Assembly (NCBI GenBank): GCA_963665275.2
Contig: CAXXIN010000007.1
Location: 320,001 to 384,000, forward strand
Length of the DNA: 64,000 bases
Reading direction: 5' to 3'
DNA from: Negativicutes bacterium
Lineage (GTDB): Bacteria; Bacillota; Negativicutes; UBA1444
Part shown: positions 1 through 8,850 of the stretch, in pieces
How positions within the stretch are numbered: position 1 is the first letter of the stretch
Layout of the letters: every line of letters starts with the position of its first letter
Notes under the pieces: generated by a model
What the model was told of the DNA's origin: nothing
Databases searched by the model: none
What the model saw: only the letters and a program-made list of their open reading frames with translations
Program-made: the position numbers and the translations under genes

Positions 1-30
1 AATAGGTTCCTCATCCTAAGATGAGAAGCC
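1..30 (-). terminator. terminator hairpin downstream of the tRNA fragment
   Basis: Minus strand GGCTTCTCATC-TTAG-GATGAGGAACC-TATT; near-copy at 11961-11995. The U-tract is cut by the window edge. Confidence 0.6.
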
Positions 31-40
31 GTGTTTTACT

Positions 41-86
41 TGGTGGGCGATGACGGGATCGAACCGCCGACATCCTGCTTGTAAGG
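41..86 (-). repeat. att site: displaced 3' fragment of tRNA-Val
   Basis: TGGTGGGCGATGACGGGATCGAACCGCCGACATCCTGCTTGTAAGG is identical to 12006-12051. Identity stops in the anticodon arm. Confidence 0.95.
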
Positions 87-170
87 TCCAAAAATGGGTT
101 TTTTTCTATATTTTCCCATACTATACTTTCCTTTATTATCTAAGATTCTCCGCGTTTTCATGTTTTATTT

Positions 171-1631
171 TCATCTTTTGTTATTCCTAGTTTTTTTCTG
201 TTCATGTCCCATGAAGTGTCCCATGGGTTTTACCTCACCAACCGCTTTCGGCTGCACTTCTGTCTGTGTGAATACCCCTTCCAAAACACTCGTTTCCATA
301 AGTTCAGGCATCAAGTGACAATATGTTTCAAGTGTCAGCGTTATATTTGCGTGTCCGAGAATGGCTGAAACCTTCTTGATAGGTTCACCTTTCGCCAATG
401 CCAGTGTAGCGAATGTATGTCGTATATCGTGGAATCTAAAATGCGGCAGCTCTGCGCCGTCCAGGTGTCTATAAAAGACCTTGGCGATATAATCCGGGTC
501 CAGCGCCGTCCCGTCCTCCATACAGAACACAAGGCCGGTGTCCTGATAGTATTTGCTTCGATCCACTTCAACCCCGTATTTTTTCTCATGCTCTGCCGCC
601 TTATTATAGGCAGCTATCTTTTCCCCGGCCTGCCTTGCTTTGTGTTTTTTCAGTTCAGCCACAACATCTTTAGAAATTGGGACCGTTCGCCTGCTCTTTG
701 GGGTTTTCAGCTTTTCAAATATTGGCATCCTGCGCACTGAAGGGTTTTTTTCTTTGTTCTCCGTTTCATCTGGTTTCTCAGCCTTGATTTTCACCTCTCC
801 AGGTTTCTCGTCCTTTTGATCTTTTTCGTCCGGTTTCTTTTTCTTCGGCTTCGGTTCCATACGCGTTATTTGCCGCCATATTTTCGCGGTTCCCTGTTTT
901 AAATCTATATCATTCCAGGACAGGGCGACCAACTCCCCGCGCCTTAATCCCGTTGCAAAGTCCAGAAGAATCCCTGCATACAGTCTGTCATTCTTGGCCT
1001 GATGTAGCACCGCTTTAGACTGTTCTTCTGTCAGTGGCCGCACTTCTTGCCGGATAACCTTCACGGGCTTGGTGTCCAATACTGGGTTCTTCGGAATCAT
1101 CCCCTGTTTAACCGCCTGCGTGAACGCCTTCCGCATCATGTTATGGATCTTCCTAATGGAACTTGGCGAAAGTCCTTCGGGCGCTTCCGTTTTCTTCCCC
1201 TTGGCCTTGCCAACCTTCAATAGGTCTGCATACATTCCCTGAATATCATCCGTTGTAACCGCTGTCAGCAGAATTTTGTCCATTCTTGGCTTGATATGAA
1301 CCCTCAAACTGCCTTCATAGAGTATATATGTACTTGGCGCGATTGCCGGTTTCTGGTATTCTTCCAGCCACCTGTCCAGCCATTCGTACACCGTCAAGCG
1401 GTCCCGCTTCCTGTGCTCGTTGCCGTCCTCAATATCCTTGATTGCAGCAAGGGTATTTTTCTTTGCTTCGCCGCCGGACTTACCCGATCGTTTAATAGTT
1501 CTATCTTGGCCGGTCCTTTGGTCAACAAAACGAATCTTGCAAGATATTAACCCGCTTGGCAACGTCTCAAAAGTCCCTTCTCTGTGGCCCCGATTGTTAT
1601 TCACTTGTTTTGGTTTTCGTCCGGCCATCAT
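171..1631 (-). CDS. int: tyrosine recombinase/integrase
   Basis: Catalytic motifs GLRRGEL, KTPKS, FHDIRH, LGHAN, TYCHL; SAM-like N-domain (TVYEWLDRWLE). Start placed at MMAGRK behind GTGGGGT. Confidence 0.95.
   Translation of the reverse strand: MMAGRKPKQVNNNRGHREGTFETLPSGLISCKIRFVDQRTGQDRTIKRSGKSGGEAKKNTLAAIKDIEDGNEHRKRDRLTVYEWLDRWLEEYQKPAIAPSTYILYEGSLRVHIKPRMDKILLTAVTTDDIQGMYADLLKVGKAKGKKTEAPEGLSPSSIRKIHNMMRKAFTQAVKQGMIPKNPVLDTKPVKVIRQEVRPLTEEQSKAVLHQAKNDRLYAGILLDFATGLRRGELVALSWNDIDLKQGTAKIWRQITRMEPKPKKKKPDEKDQKDEKPGEVKIKAEKPDETENKEKNPSVRRMPIFEKLKTPKSRRTVPISKDVVAELKKHKARQAGEKIAAYNKAAEHEKKYGVEVDRSKYYQDTGLVFCMEDGTALDPDYIAKVFYRHLDGAELPHFRFHDIRHTFATLALAKGEPIKKVSAILGHANITLTLETYCHLMPELMETSVLEGVFTQTEVQPKAVGEVKPMGHFMGHEQKKTRNNKR
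204..226 (+). promoter_or_regulatory. putative integrase arm-type binding sites (tandem TGTCCCAT)
   Basis: ATGTCCCATGAAGTGTCCCATGG matches 11938-11960 with 1 mismatch; both copies lie next to the att cores. Confidence 0.7.
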
Positions 1632-2039
1632 CGCCACCCCACAGTTTGATTCTATCAACGAAGTATATTATTTATATATCGCTTGGTAAAAAGGGTATTA
1701 AGGGTAAAGACCCATCGTTACTGACTTTATGACTACCCGCACCGTGTGGTAATAAGGGGGTAAAAAGTCCGACCGCAACCGGTGGCGGAATCTTGGGTCC
1801 ATGGCGATCGCCGCCACCACTTTTGAAATTGTACTCTGGCCAACAAACAATTCTGGCGCCACCCGCACCTTAACTTACACCCCCGTTTGAAACAACAGCT
1901 TGAACTGTGTTGGGAAGCAACACGGGGAAGTGCGCCTTACTGAAAAAATCACCAACAGTTCTGCCGAACACCATTTTTCATCTCAGCACCTGGGCCAACT
2001 CTGGCATGGCTGCCACCTCCTTTTATTGAGAGGAGGAAC

Positions 2040-2414
2040 TCACAACATTTTTTCCGGAATTGGCTCAATGACTGGCCTGCAATCACGGCCATAATGCTTG
2101 AGCACTGACACTGAATATCCCTTGTCGCTTTCGCTCTGAAACCAGTCAAGCAGAGCCGCTTCATCAAAAAACAAGCGACCATCTAACTTGAACGAAGGAA
2201 TTTTCCCCAATTTCGCCAGTCGGTAGAGCTTTGTTGCTGAAATCTTGTACTCGCCGCCTGGAAAAACAGGCTTGAAAAAGATTTCAACAACCTCATCTGC
2301 ACTCAGGATACGCGTTCCCATCCTTTTGGCTGCGCTCCTCGCCAGTTCAGCCAGGACTTTTTCACGTTCATCAACGCGAACTGCTTCAATTAATTTTTCT
2401 ATACTGTCTGCCAC
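2040..2414 (-). CDS. excisionase-like HTH DNA-binding protein
   Basis: LSADEV...ISATKLYRLAKLGKIPSFKLDGRLFFDEAALLDWF resembles HTH_17/Xis; upstream of int. Confidence 0.75.
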   Translation of the reverse strand: MADSIEKLIEAVRVDEREKVLAELARSAAKRMGTRILSADEVVEIFFKPVFPGGEYKISATKLYRLAKLGKIPSFKLDGRLFFDEAALLDWFQSESDKGYSVSVLKHYGRDCRPVIEPIPEKML

Positions 2415-2485
2415 ATTTCCACTTCACTTTCACAATTTATTGGATAGGGCGACCTACCACGATAGTGCCGCCCTTACTTCCTTCC

Positions 2486-2773
2486 TCAATCTCGATGCAT
2501 GGCCGCCTGTAGAATCATGCAGATCGCATCAGCAAAGCCGTTTTTATATTCCACGTCTTCCGCTAAAGCAAGACATCCACCAACAGCATCGTCGACTTCA
2601 TGAATCGCGCTTCTATCGTCACATACTTCGTGCAGCTTTCCTATTGCATCATTAAGGGTTTTGTTAGCGTGATCGTATTTTTCTTCTGGACTATGAACCC
2701 CTCTCATTTGCTGCGCCATTAAATCAAAAAAATCTGTTCCCCTTGTAACAAGTGTATGACTACGAAACCGCAT
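2486..2773 (-). CDS. hypothetical phage-type protein
   Basis: 95-aa ORF, AAAGGGG RBS upstream, co-oriented with neighbours. Confidence 0.65.
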   Translation of the reverse strand: MRFRSHTLVTRGTDFFDLMAQQMRGVHSPEEKYDHANKTLNDAIGKLHEVCDDRSAIHEVDDAVGGCLALAEDVEYKNGFADAICMILQAAMHRD

Positions 2774-2996
2774 TTACCAAAGGCCCCTTTCGTTTGTGTT
2801 GTTTCAACAGTTTACTGATGTTATGCAGATTACGCCCTTTGCGCAAACCCTTGCAAAATATTGTCCCGCCCGTATTCCTCAGCCTGGCATTCGATCTGTT
2901 CAGCAATTTGCTTCGCCTGCCGAAAATTACCTGTTTCAACGGCTTTCTTTAGTCGCTCATAAAGAGTTTTGCGGTGCCAATAATAGTCCTGATAAG

Positions 2997-3308
2997 TCAT
3001 AGCGACTGCCTCCTTTTAATCTCCCTGGTGGCGACTCTGATGCCGCGGAAAACGTCCCAAGGCTCCACCTGCCTTGTCCATGGTCTATGAATAATCATTG
3101 TGAACGTGCCATCTTTTTCTTGGATTTCTGGGGTACCCAAATCCTGATCGTCAAATGAAATCTGTGCACCAGAGTTATAGATTCTCAACAGTAACTTTCG
3201 CGCAATCAAACCTACTCGAGTAATCCATTCTTCATCTGCCGCCGAAATCGCTGCCTCTTCTTCATCAGCCCGGGCATCGGCGTCGGCGGCCTGCTTATTG
3301 ATCTCCAA
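2997..3308 (-). CDS. hypothetical protein
   Basis: 103-aa ORF, TTG start behind GAAAGGGG. Confidence 0.6.
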   Translation of the reverse strand: MEINKQAADADARADEEEAAISAADEEWITRVGLIARKLLLRIYNSGAQISFDDQDLGTPEIQEKDGTFTMIIHRPWTRQVEPWDVFRGIRVATREIKRRQSL

Positions 3309-3399
3309 AAAATGTTACCCCTTTCACATTCCCCGCCTACCGTGATATTATAAAAGAGCAGACGGGCAGAATTTTGCTGTTCTCGCCATGTTTTTGCAC

Positions 3400-3441
3400 A
3401 AGTCCAAGCCTGGTACCAACAGGTCTGGACTTATTTTTTTT
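3400..3441 (+). terminator. intrinsic terminator on the + strand (possible antisense sRNA end)
   Basis: AAGTCCAAGCCTG-loop-CAGGTCTGGACTT followed by A and T8, opposite to the flanking minus-strand genes. Confidence 0.6.
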
Positions 3442-3471
3442 GCGGCCCTGCCCGAATCCGTTCTGCCACCA

Positions 3472-3903
3472 TTACGCCGCCCCTCCCATCTTGTAGGATA
3501 TGCTTAAGCCTGCATTAAGCCCAATCGTTCCGCCTGTGATGTCCTCAAGGGTGGCGCCGATCTTGCCGCCCAGCTTGTTCAAAACTCTGGCCAACAGAGT
3601 GGCCATTTCTCTGGCAATGTACCCGATCTTATAGGATCCCTTGCCGGCCACTTCCACAATCACCGCCACCGCGTCCCGATCTGCAGGATTCCCGGCTTCA
3701 CACACCAGGGCCACTCGAATGGAGTCCCGGCCATATCGTGCCAGACGCCGCAGAGCTTCCTGCCGGTTCCCTACTGTCACACCCACAACCTTGGCGAATT
3801 GTTTTGCCTTGGTAAGGTTCCACGCTTGAATGAATGCCTGGTGGCGATTCCAACCTTTCCCGACCAATGTGTTTCCGAGTGTGGTGGCGATGTTTTTCAG
3901 CAT
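3472..3903 (-). CDS. HIRAN domain protein
   Basis: KVVGVT...EAGNPADRDAVAV...KIGYIAREMA fits the HIRAN pattern. Start moved to MLKNIA behind AAGGGGG. Confidence 0.75.
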   Translation of the reverse strand: MLKNIATTLGNTLVGKGWNRHQAFIQAWNLTKAKQFAKVVGVTVGNRQEALRRLARYGRDSIRVALVCEAGNPADRDAVAVIVEVAGKGSYKIGYIAREMATLLARVLNKLGGKIGATLEDITGGTIGLNAGLSISYKMGGAA

Positions 3904-3918
3904 GATTGCGGCCCCCTT

Positions 3919-4032
3919 GTCATCTATCATTGTATTTTTTACTAACTTCATTGTACATTATACATTGTAGTTTGTCAATACTTCATTGTACTTTTTCTGC
4001 ATTTTATTTGCTTTTCTACAGTCATTAATGTA
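3919..4032. promoter_or_regulatory. divergent control region with TACA-N8-TGTA operators and a leftward sigma70 promoter
   Basis: Minus-strand TTGACA (3973-3978)-17 bp-TACAAT (3950-3955). Perfect TACA-N8-TGTA at 3954-3969 and 4017-4032; half-matches at 3919, 3940 and 3975. Confidence 0.7.
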
Positions 4033-4068
4033 CAATTTTTATAGAATGATAAATGAGGAGTTGCGGGA

Positions 4069-4308
4069 ATGGTTAAGTTCACTTTAGATCGCCTTATGTT
4101 TGAAAAAAATCGGATGAAGATACCTCAACTGCAGGAATTAAGCAGCGTAAACAAAAATACTCTTTACGCAATATATAACAATTCCGCCACCCGAGTTGAC
4201 CTTTCTGTAATTAATCGCATCTGCGCTGCGCTCAACTGCCAGCCCGGCGACCTCTTGGAATACGTTCCTGGCGGTCCGGTGGCGATTCCTATCAATCAAC
4301 CAGAATAA
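4069..4308 (+). CDS. Xre/Cro-family HTH regulator
   Basis: LQELSSVNKNTLYAIYNN...INRICAALNCQPGDLLEY (HTH_26-like); GAGGAG RBS. Confidence 0.88.
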   Translation: MVKFTLDRLMFEKNRMKIPQLQELSSVNKNTLYAIYNNSATRVDLSVINRICAALNCQPGDLLEYVPGGPVAIPINQPE

Positions 4309-4347
4309 GCCTAAGCCATCACATCCCCGGCCATCATCGCAACCGCA

Positions 4348-4372
4348 GCCGCCCCGCTTGGGCGGTTTTTTT
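4348..4372 (+). terminator. terminator after the Xre gene
   Basis: GCCGCCC-loop-GGGCGGT followed by a T run. Confidence 0.65.
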
Positions 4373-5040
4373 AACGCCAATATTCCGAAGTTAATTTTCC
4401 GTAATGCGCACTTCCTCGTTTCTCCGGCTACAGCCTATAAACGATCGATAAACAATTCAGCGTTGAACAAATTTCTGTAATGCGCACTTAGGGGTTTCTC
4501 CAAAACCATCCTCTCTGTCCTCCGGATTTCCCGCCATGCTGGGAAAAGATCACCCTGGATAAACATGATTCTTCTTTTTATCTAGGCAACTCATTAAGGG
4601 GCAGCTTTTTGTGTGCACCCTTTTTTCACCTTTTTAGGGTGCAAAGGGTGCACACTTTTCGAGAGTTTGTGTGCACTGATGTCCCTTCTGGATGCCTGTT
4701 TCTTCGTTGATCGTTTTGAAGCGCTCCCTTATTCGAATGGGAACGATTTCATCCTCTTCTGAATACGCAAAACATCGAAACTCCAGTATTTTATATAATT
4801 GTTTAAGTTGGTTCCAGAAAATGCGCCATTATCACCCGCCTGCACCAGCAAGGCTATTGGAAGCTCATCGTCTTATTCCACCGCCCGAAAACGGGCGGTT
4901 TTCATTTTGTACCCGTTTGTCCCCTTTTTTAATTATGGGTACATCGGGTACATGCTTTACCGGGATGATATAGTTTCATTCTTCATCACGCCAATACCAA
5001 CCGCATTCCACCACGATCTTTTCAGGATGCTGCTCATCAA

Positions 5041-5499
5041 TCACAAGACCGGGCGGCTGCTCGTTTGGATACTGGCAGAGACACGCCCATGTTCGCCTAG
5101 CGCAGTCCCAGCAAAGCGAATCATCCCCTTCACCATCCGTTGCCACCGTTCTGCTATGGTCTCTCCTTGCCCGAGATACCGGCGTTCGATCTCGGCCGAA
5201 GGAACACGTCTCCATACACTGATGAGAAGGATACGGTCCTGCGCAGCTAGTCCGGCTGTGATCCATTGTTCCACCACCTTGAGAATGTTTTCATCTCCGT
5301 CCAGTTCTATCAGCCTTGCAGTCTTTTTGAAAGTTTCGTCACTGTGGCTACCGCCACCGCCCTGGTAGCCGTGATCACCCGAATAAGCATCGACAATCGT
5401 TTGCCTCTGCTCCTGCCACGATCCCCAGAGAGTAGGATAGTCAAGCAGAATATATGCTGCTGCACTTTCGGTCACTAAACCAGCACCTTTCCATTCCAT
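5041..5499 (-). CDS. RinA/ArpU-like phage transcriptional activator (putative)
   Basis: LLDYP...GGGGSHSDETFKKTARL...LKVVEQ...EIERRY pattern resembles the RinA family; recognised by eye. Confidence 0.55.
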   Translation of the reverse strand: MEWKGAGLVTESAAAYILLDYPTLWGSWQEQRQTIVDAYSGDHGYQGGGGSHSDETFKKTARLIELDGDENILKVVEQWITAGLAAQDRILLISVWRRVPSAEIERRYLGQGETIAERWQRMVKGMIRFAGTALGEHGRVSASIQTSSRPVL

Positions 5500-5658
5500 A
5501 TCGGCTCATAATGTGGCTGTTATTATTTATTACCGGTGGCGGAAGCGTAAGCGCCATATGCGGCATGACACAATGGTACCGATCAGCCGCCCTTCTTCGA
5601 TGAGAATTCAAATCCGCAAGCGCTTGCGGATTTGAATTACAACCAAGTGGTGGCGGTC

Positions 5659-6030
5659 TTAACCATCGCTCACCTTTTTGAACCATTCATTTACTGACGT
5701 ATCATCCAGCCAACCCCGCGAATATACCAGCTCAACGAAATCACCAGCTGCCTTCACCTTGTTTTGAAAGCCGTTAAGAAAGCTTTCCACCTGCTCCGCA
5801 AAGCTTTGCCTGGAGCTCATCTTGTGTTTGCACCCCACTAAGTCATTCTCACTAAAGCCTTTGGAGATAAGCACTTCAGCCAATGCTCGTTTGGCCGGTC
5901 GAATCTTCGGAGTATTGGCATTGCTGCAAACCAATGTGAACTGCAAAGTTTGTCGGGGTGTTACCGGGATTTCTAGGGACTTCTGGATGATGGATGCACG
6001 AGCGGCGCTCAGACGGCTATTTCTTTTCAT
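5659..6030 (-). CDS. hypothetical protein
   Basis: 123-aa ORF with AAGGAGGG RBS, directly after the Dit-like gene. Confidence 0.7.
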   Translation of the reverse strand: MKRNSRLSAARASIIQKSLEIPVTPRQTLQFTLVCSNANTPKIRPAKRALAEVLISKGFSENDLVGCKHKMSSRQSFAEQVESFLNGFQNKVKAAGDFVELVYSRGWLDDTSVNEWFKKVSDG

Positions 6031-6051
6031 GATCTTACCCTCCTTTGAACG

Positions 6052-6663
6052 CTACCGCCCCATGTAATTTCTCCCGGCGGCATGGAGTATCGATTCGCTT
6101 TTCTTTTTCGTGTTATCACTTGGTGGGCTCTGATTTGAATCGCCACCGTCTTTGTTTGTTTGCCCCGCGCTATCCTTCACGCCTGCAGAAACCAGCCCTT
6201 CTGGGATGTCGGTGGTCTTAGCATTTACCTTCCGAATCTGAACAAATTCACACGGGATCCGGAGAAGGTTTTTATTATCAACATTCCGTGGAAAGGCGGC
6301 GCTCGTCATCACCATATTGGAATAGATATCGGTCGGTGTGACAATCGTGATTGGCTGCGCGTCCTTATAGATGCGCTTAAACTCCATAAGCGCATTGACC
6401 ACCTTGTCCTCTTTCTGCCCGAGTTTATCGAGCCAGGTCACCGGGCTCTGAGTAATGCCGACAACCATCGACAGCTTGATCGGCTTCCGGATGACATGAT
6501 CAGCTACTGGAAAGCCATCTTCGACTGGATGCTCGCATACCTCGGATTCGAGTTTATGTTCTTGTTCGACAAGAATATCCAGTTCAATGCTGTCGATTTT
6601 GCTCGGCGCCGTCAGCGATGGCCAGAAGATACTGCCCTTTTTCTCTGATTTCGTTTCTGCCAT
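6052..6663 (-). CDS. Dit-like/tail tube-initiator (baseplate) protein
   Basis: IELDILVEQEHKLESEVCEHPVEDGFPVADHVIRKPIKL...IVTPTDIYSNMVMTS...FVQIRKV is typical of the protein encoded after TMP in myophage-like prophages. Confidence 0.8.
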   Translation of the reverse strand: MAETKSEKKGSIFWPSLTAPSKIDSIELDILVEQEHKLESEVCEHPVEDGFPVADHVIRKPIKLSMVVGITQSPVTWLDKLGQKEDKVVNALMEFKRIYKDAQPITIVTPTDIYSNMVMTSAAFPRNVDNKNLLRIPCEFVQIRKVNAKTTDIPEGLVSAGVKDSAGQTNKDGGDSNQSPPSDNTKKKSESILHAAGRNYMGR

Positions 6664-6675
6664 TCTATCGCCCCC

Positions 6676-8445
6676 TTAATCACCACTGAACTGCAGATCT
6701 CTAGTCATCTTCTCAAGTGCATCGGTAGTTGCCCCAGCCGTCGAATCACCGATAGCGCCAGGCTGCAGATTGGCGCCGGCATTATTTTGCTCGATATTAA
6801 CCGTTTGGTGCACTGTGATCGGGCCCCGATTACTACCGCCACCGACCGCAGCCGGAGTGATTCCTCCAAAGTTTCCGCCTGCTCCCATTGCAAACCATCG
6901 CTGCAAGCCGTTTTCTACTTCGTTTAGCTTGGGAAGCAACCACCGGTCTATTGAGCTACAGATCGAAAGAATGAAGGCCTCTGCCACCCTTGAAAAACCC
7001 ATTAAGAACTTCAATGCCGACTCTATGGCCCCGGAAAAGTTACCATCAAACAGCTGACGCCATGAAGTAATGGCTTGTGCCATAATTTCCATGAGGCCCG
7101 TCGCCCACGAAAAAGATTTTGCCGCATACTGGCTTCCGGCGATGCCTAGAGGGCCGTCTTTTTCCGTATTACCCTTGTCACCTTCAAGGCCTCTTTCGTA
7201 GTATGGCTTTCCGGCGATGCCTAGAGGCTCTTTTTTCAAGCCCATGATGAGCATTGCTTCGTTATATGCGGAAACCGCTTTTTCTATGGAGACCGCAAAT
7301 TCTTTCATCGCTTCGGTGAGCGGACCAATCGTTGCATCCAATCGCCTTTTAAACTCATCCCATGGCCCCAGGAAGTCACCGATCACACTCTCGCCATCAT
7401 TCATCCATACATAAACATCTTCAAGCGCCAAACCTATCGCTGCAATCGCTGCGGCAATGGCGAGGAACTTCCACCCTATCGGCGACAGAAAAAAGAGCGT
7501 CAATGCCTCCTTCAGCAGTCCCAGTCCTTTTGCAATAGCCGCCCACTTGATAGCCACCAAGGCGGTACCGAATGCCGTGGCCAATATAGCCGCCGCCTTC
7601 ATCACATTTCCATACCCACCCACCTTTTTGGACAGCGCTTCAATCCTGTCGCCAATCCAGTCGGCCGACCGAACAATCCCGCCTGCAATGGCCTGGAAAA
7701 CGCTCGTTTCTTTGTTCAGGTTGAAGATCAATTTGCCAATCCGATTCATTGCATAGGTGACGGATTGTGCAATGGTCACCGGCATTTTCCCGAACTCTTT
7801 ATCCATCTTGGATTTCGCCTTCAGAATGGCCTTAAACACGCCTTCGGCTGTGAGTTCCCCCTGGGCTCCCATATCCTTCAGTTTGCCAATCGTCACGCCG
7901 TAATAGTCGGCGATGGCTTGGAATAACAGCGGCGCATTCTCAGATATTGATCGTAGTTCATCCCCTGCCAGCCGACCGGACGCCAGTGCTTGTCCAAGTT
8001 GTAGAATGGTTGCCTTCGCTTCGGTCGTACTCGCGCCACCAATGACGAGAGCCTTATTAACGGTTTCGGTGGCGTTAAGAACATCCTGCTGTGTGGCGCC
8101 CAACTCTTTTGAGTTGCGGGCCATTTTTACATACAGATCTGCTGTAGTGCCGTATTCTTGTCGCGTTTTCTGTGCAATCTCATAGACCTTTTCTTGCATC
8201 TCTGCCTGCTCAGCAGTGCTTTGCGTTACTAGGCCGATCCTGGAATACATATTGGTCCATTCATCGGCCGCTTGGATGATTTCACGAGCCCCCAGCACAA
8301 CACCAACAATGGCAGCCAGTTTGCCGAAAGTCCCGATAACAGAACTGGCACGTGATTTTAATTTCTCAAGTCCCTGATCGGCTTGGTTCAGTTTTGCTTG
8401 ATCGATGTTGAACCCAATCCCGATAACCAACTCTCGAATCATCAT
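6676..8445 (-). CDS. phage tape measure protein (589 aa)
   Basis: Tape-measure domain (ADEWTNMYSRI...QLGQALASGRLAGDELRSISENAP...MGAQGELTAE), central hydrophobic segments, Gly-rich C-terminus. Start MMIREL behind AAAGGGGTG. Confidence 0.93.
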   Translation of the reverse strand: MMIRELVIGIGFNIDQAKLNQADQGLEKLKSRASSVIGTFGKLAAIVGVVLGAREIIQAADEWTNMYSRIGLVTQSTAEQAEMQEKVYEIAQKTRQEYGTTADLYVKMARNSKELGATQQDVLNATETVNKALVIGGASTTEAKATILQLGQALASGRLAGDELRSISENAPLLFQAIADYYGVTIGKLKDMGAQGELTAEGVFKAILKAKSKMDKEFGKMPVTIAQSVTYAMNRIGKLIFNLNKETSVFQAIAGGIVRSADWIGDRIEALSKKVGGYGNVMKAAAILATAFGTALVAIKWAAIAKGLGLLKEALTLFFLSPIGWKFLAIAAAIAAIGLALEDVYVWMNDGESVIGDFLGPWDEFKRRLDATIGPLTEAMKEFAVSIEKAVSAYNEAMLIMGLKKEPLGIAGKPYYERGLEGDKGNTEKDGPLGIAGSQYAAKSFSWATGLMEIMAQAITSWRQLFDGNFSGAIESALKFLMGFSRVAEAFILSICSSIDRWLLPKLNEVENGLQRWFAMGAGGNFGGITPAAVGGGSNRGPITVHQTVNIEQNNAGANLQPGAIGDSTAGATTDALEKMTRDLQFSGD

Positions 8446-8532
8446 CGACGGTTCACCCCTTTCTTCTTTCATACAGAAAACATCATTTCGCGTACACGCG
8501 CACACGTACGCGAGGGAAAAGGTCAACAAAAG

Positions 8533-8850
8533 TCAACTTATCTTCTTCACCTCCAGCTTCCGGACGATTGTCTGGAACATCTCCAATGCGGCCTCTCGAT
8601 GCTCTGAATCCGCCATGGCCGGAAGGTTTAGCACCACCGTCTTGCCTTGTCGAGGGTGTCCATCAGGCCCTCCCCACTCCGGCTTGCTGATCGACAACAT
8701 GCCTGCCTTTGGGTACCATTCCATGCGATTTTTCTCGCTAAAAAGCACAATTGGATGTTCTTCCTCCCAATAATTCGGGGACTTTTCTATCCGTTTTCCG
8801 TTTACTCGCATTGTCATTGCCTTCCGCTCCTTTTCCGCCGAATATCCCAT
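8533..8850 (-). CDS. hypothetical protein
   Basis: 105-aa ORF (start may be the internal Met), overlapping the upstream ORF. Confidence 0.6.
   Translation of the reverse strand: MGYSAEKERKAMTMRVNGKRIEKSPNYWEEEHPIVLFSEKNRMEWYPKAGMLSISKPEWGGPDGHPRQGKTVVLNLPAMADSEHREAALEMFQTIVRKLEVKKIS

Noticed and set aside
41-86. Additional tRNA gene
   Set aside because: Only the 3' 46 nt are present; it is the att duplication.
4634-4882. Minus-strand fragments resembling a sigma-factor N-terminus (DDELPIALLVQAGDNGAF / WNQLKQLYKIL)
   Set aside because: Requires an in-frame stop and a frameshift, and the similarity is short and judged by eye only.
1779-5660. Recurring GGTGGCGG(AA) words, e.g. ACCGGTGGCGGAA near 1778 and 5532
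   Set aside because: Short GC-rich word with no regular spacing or strand rule; enrichment cannot be shown without counting.
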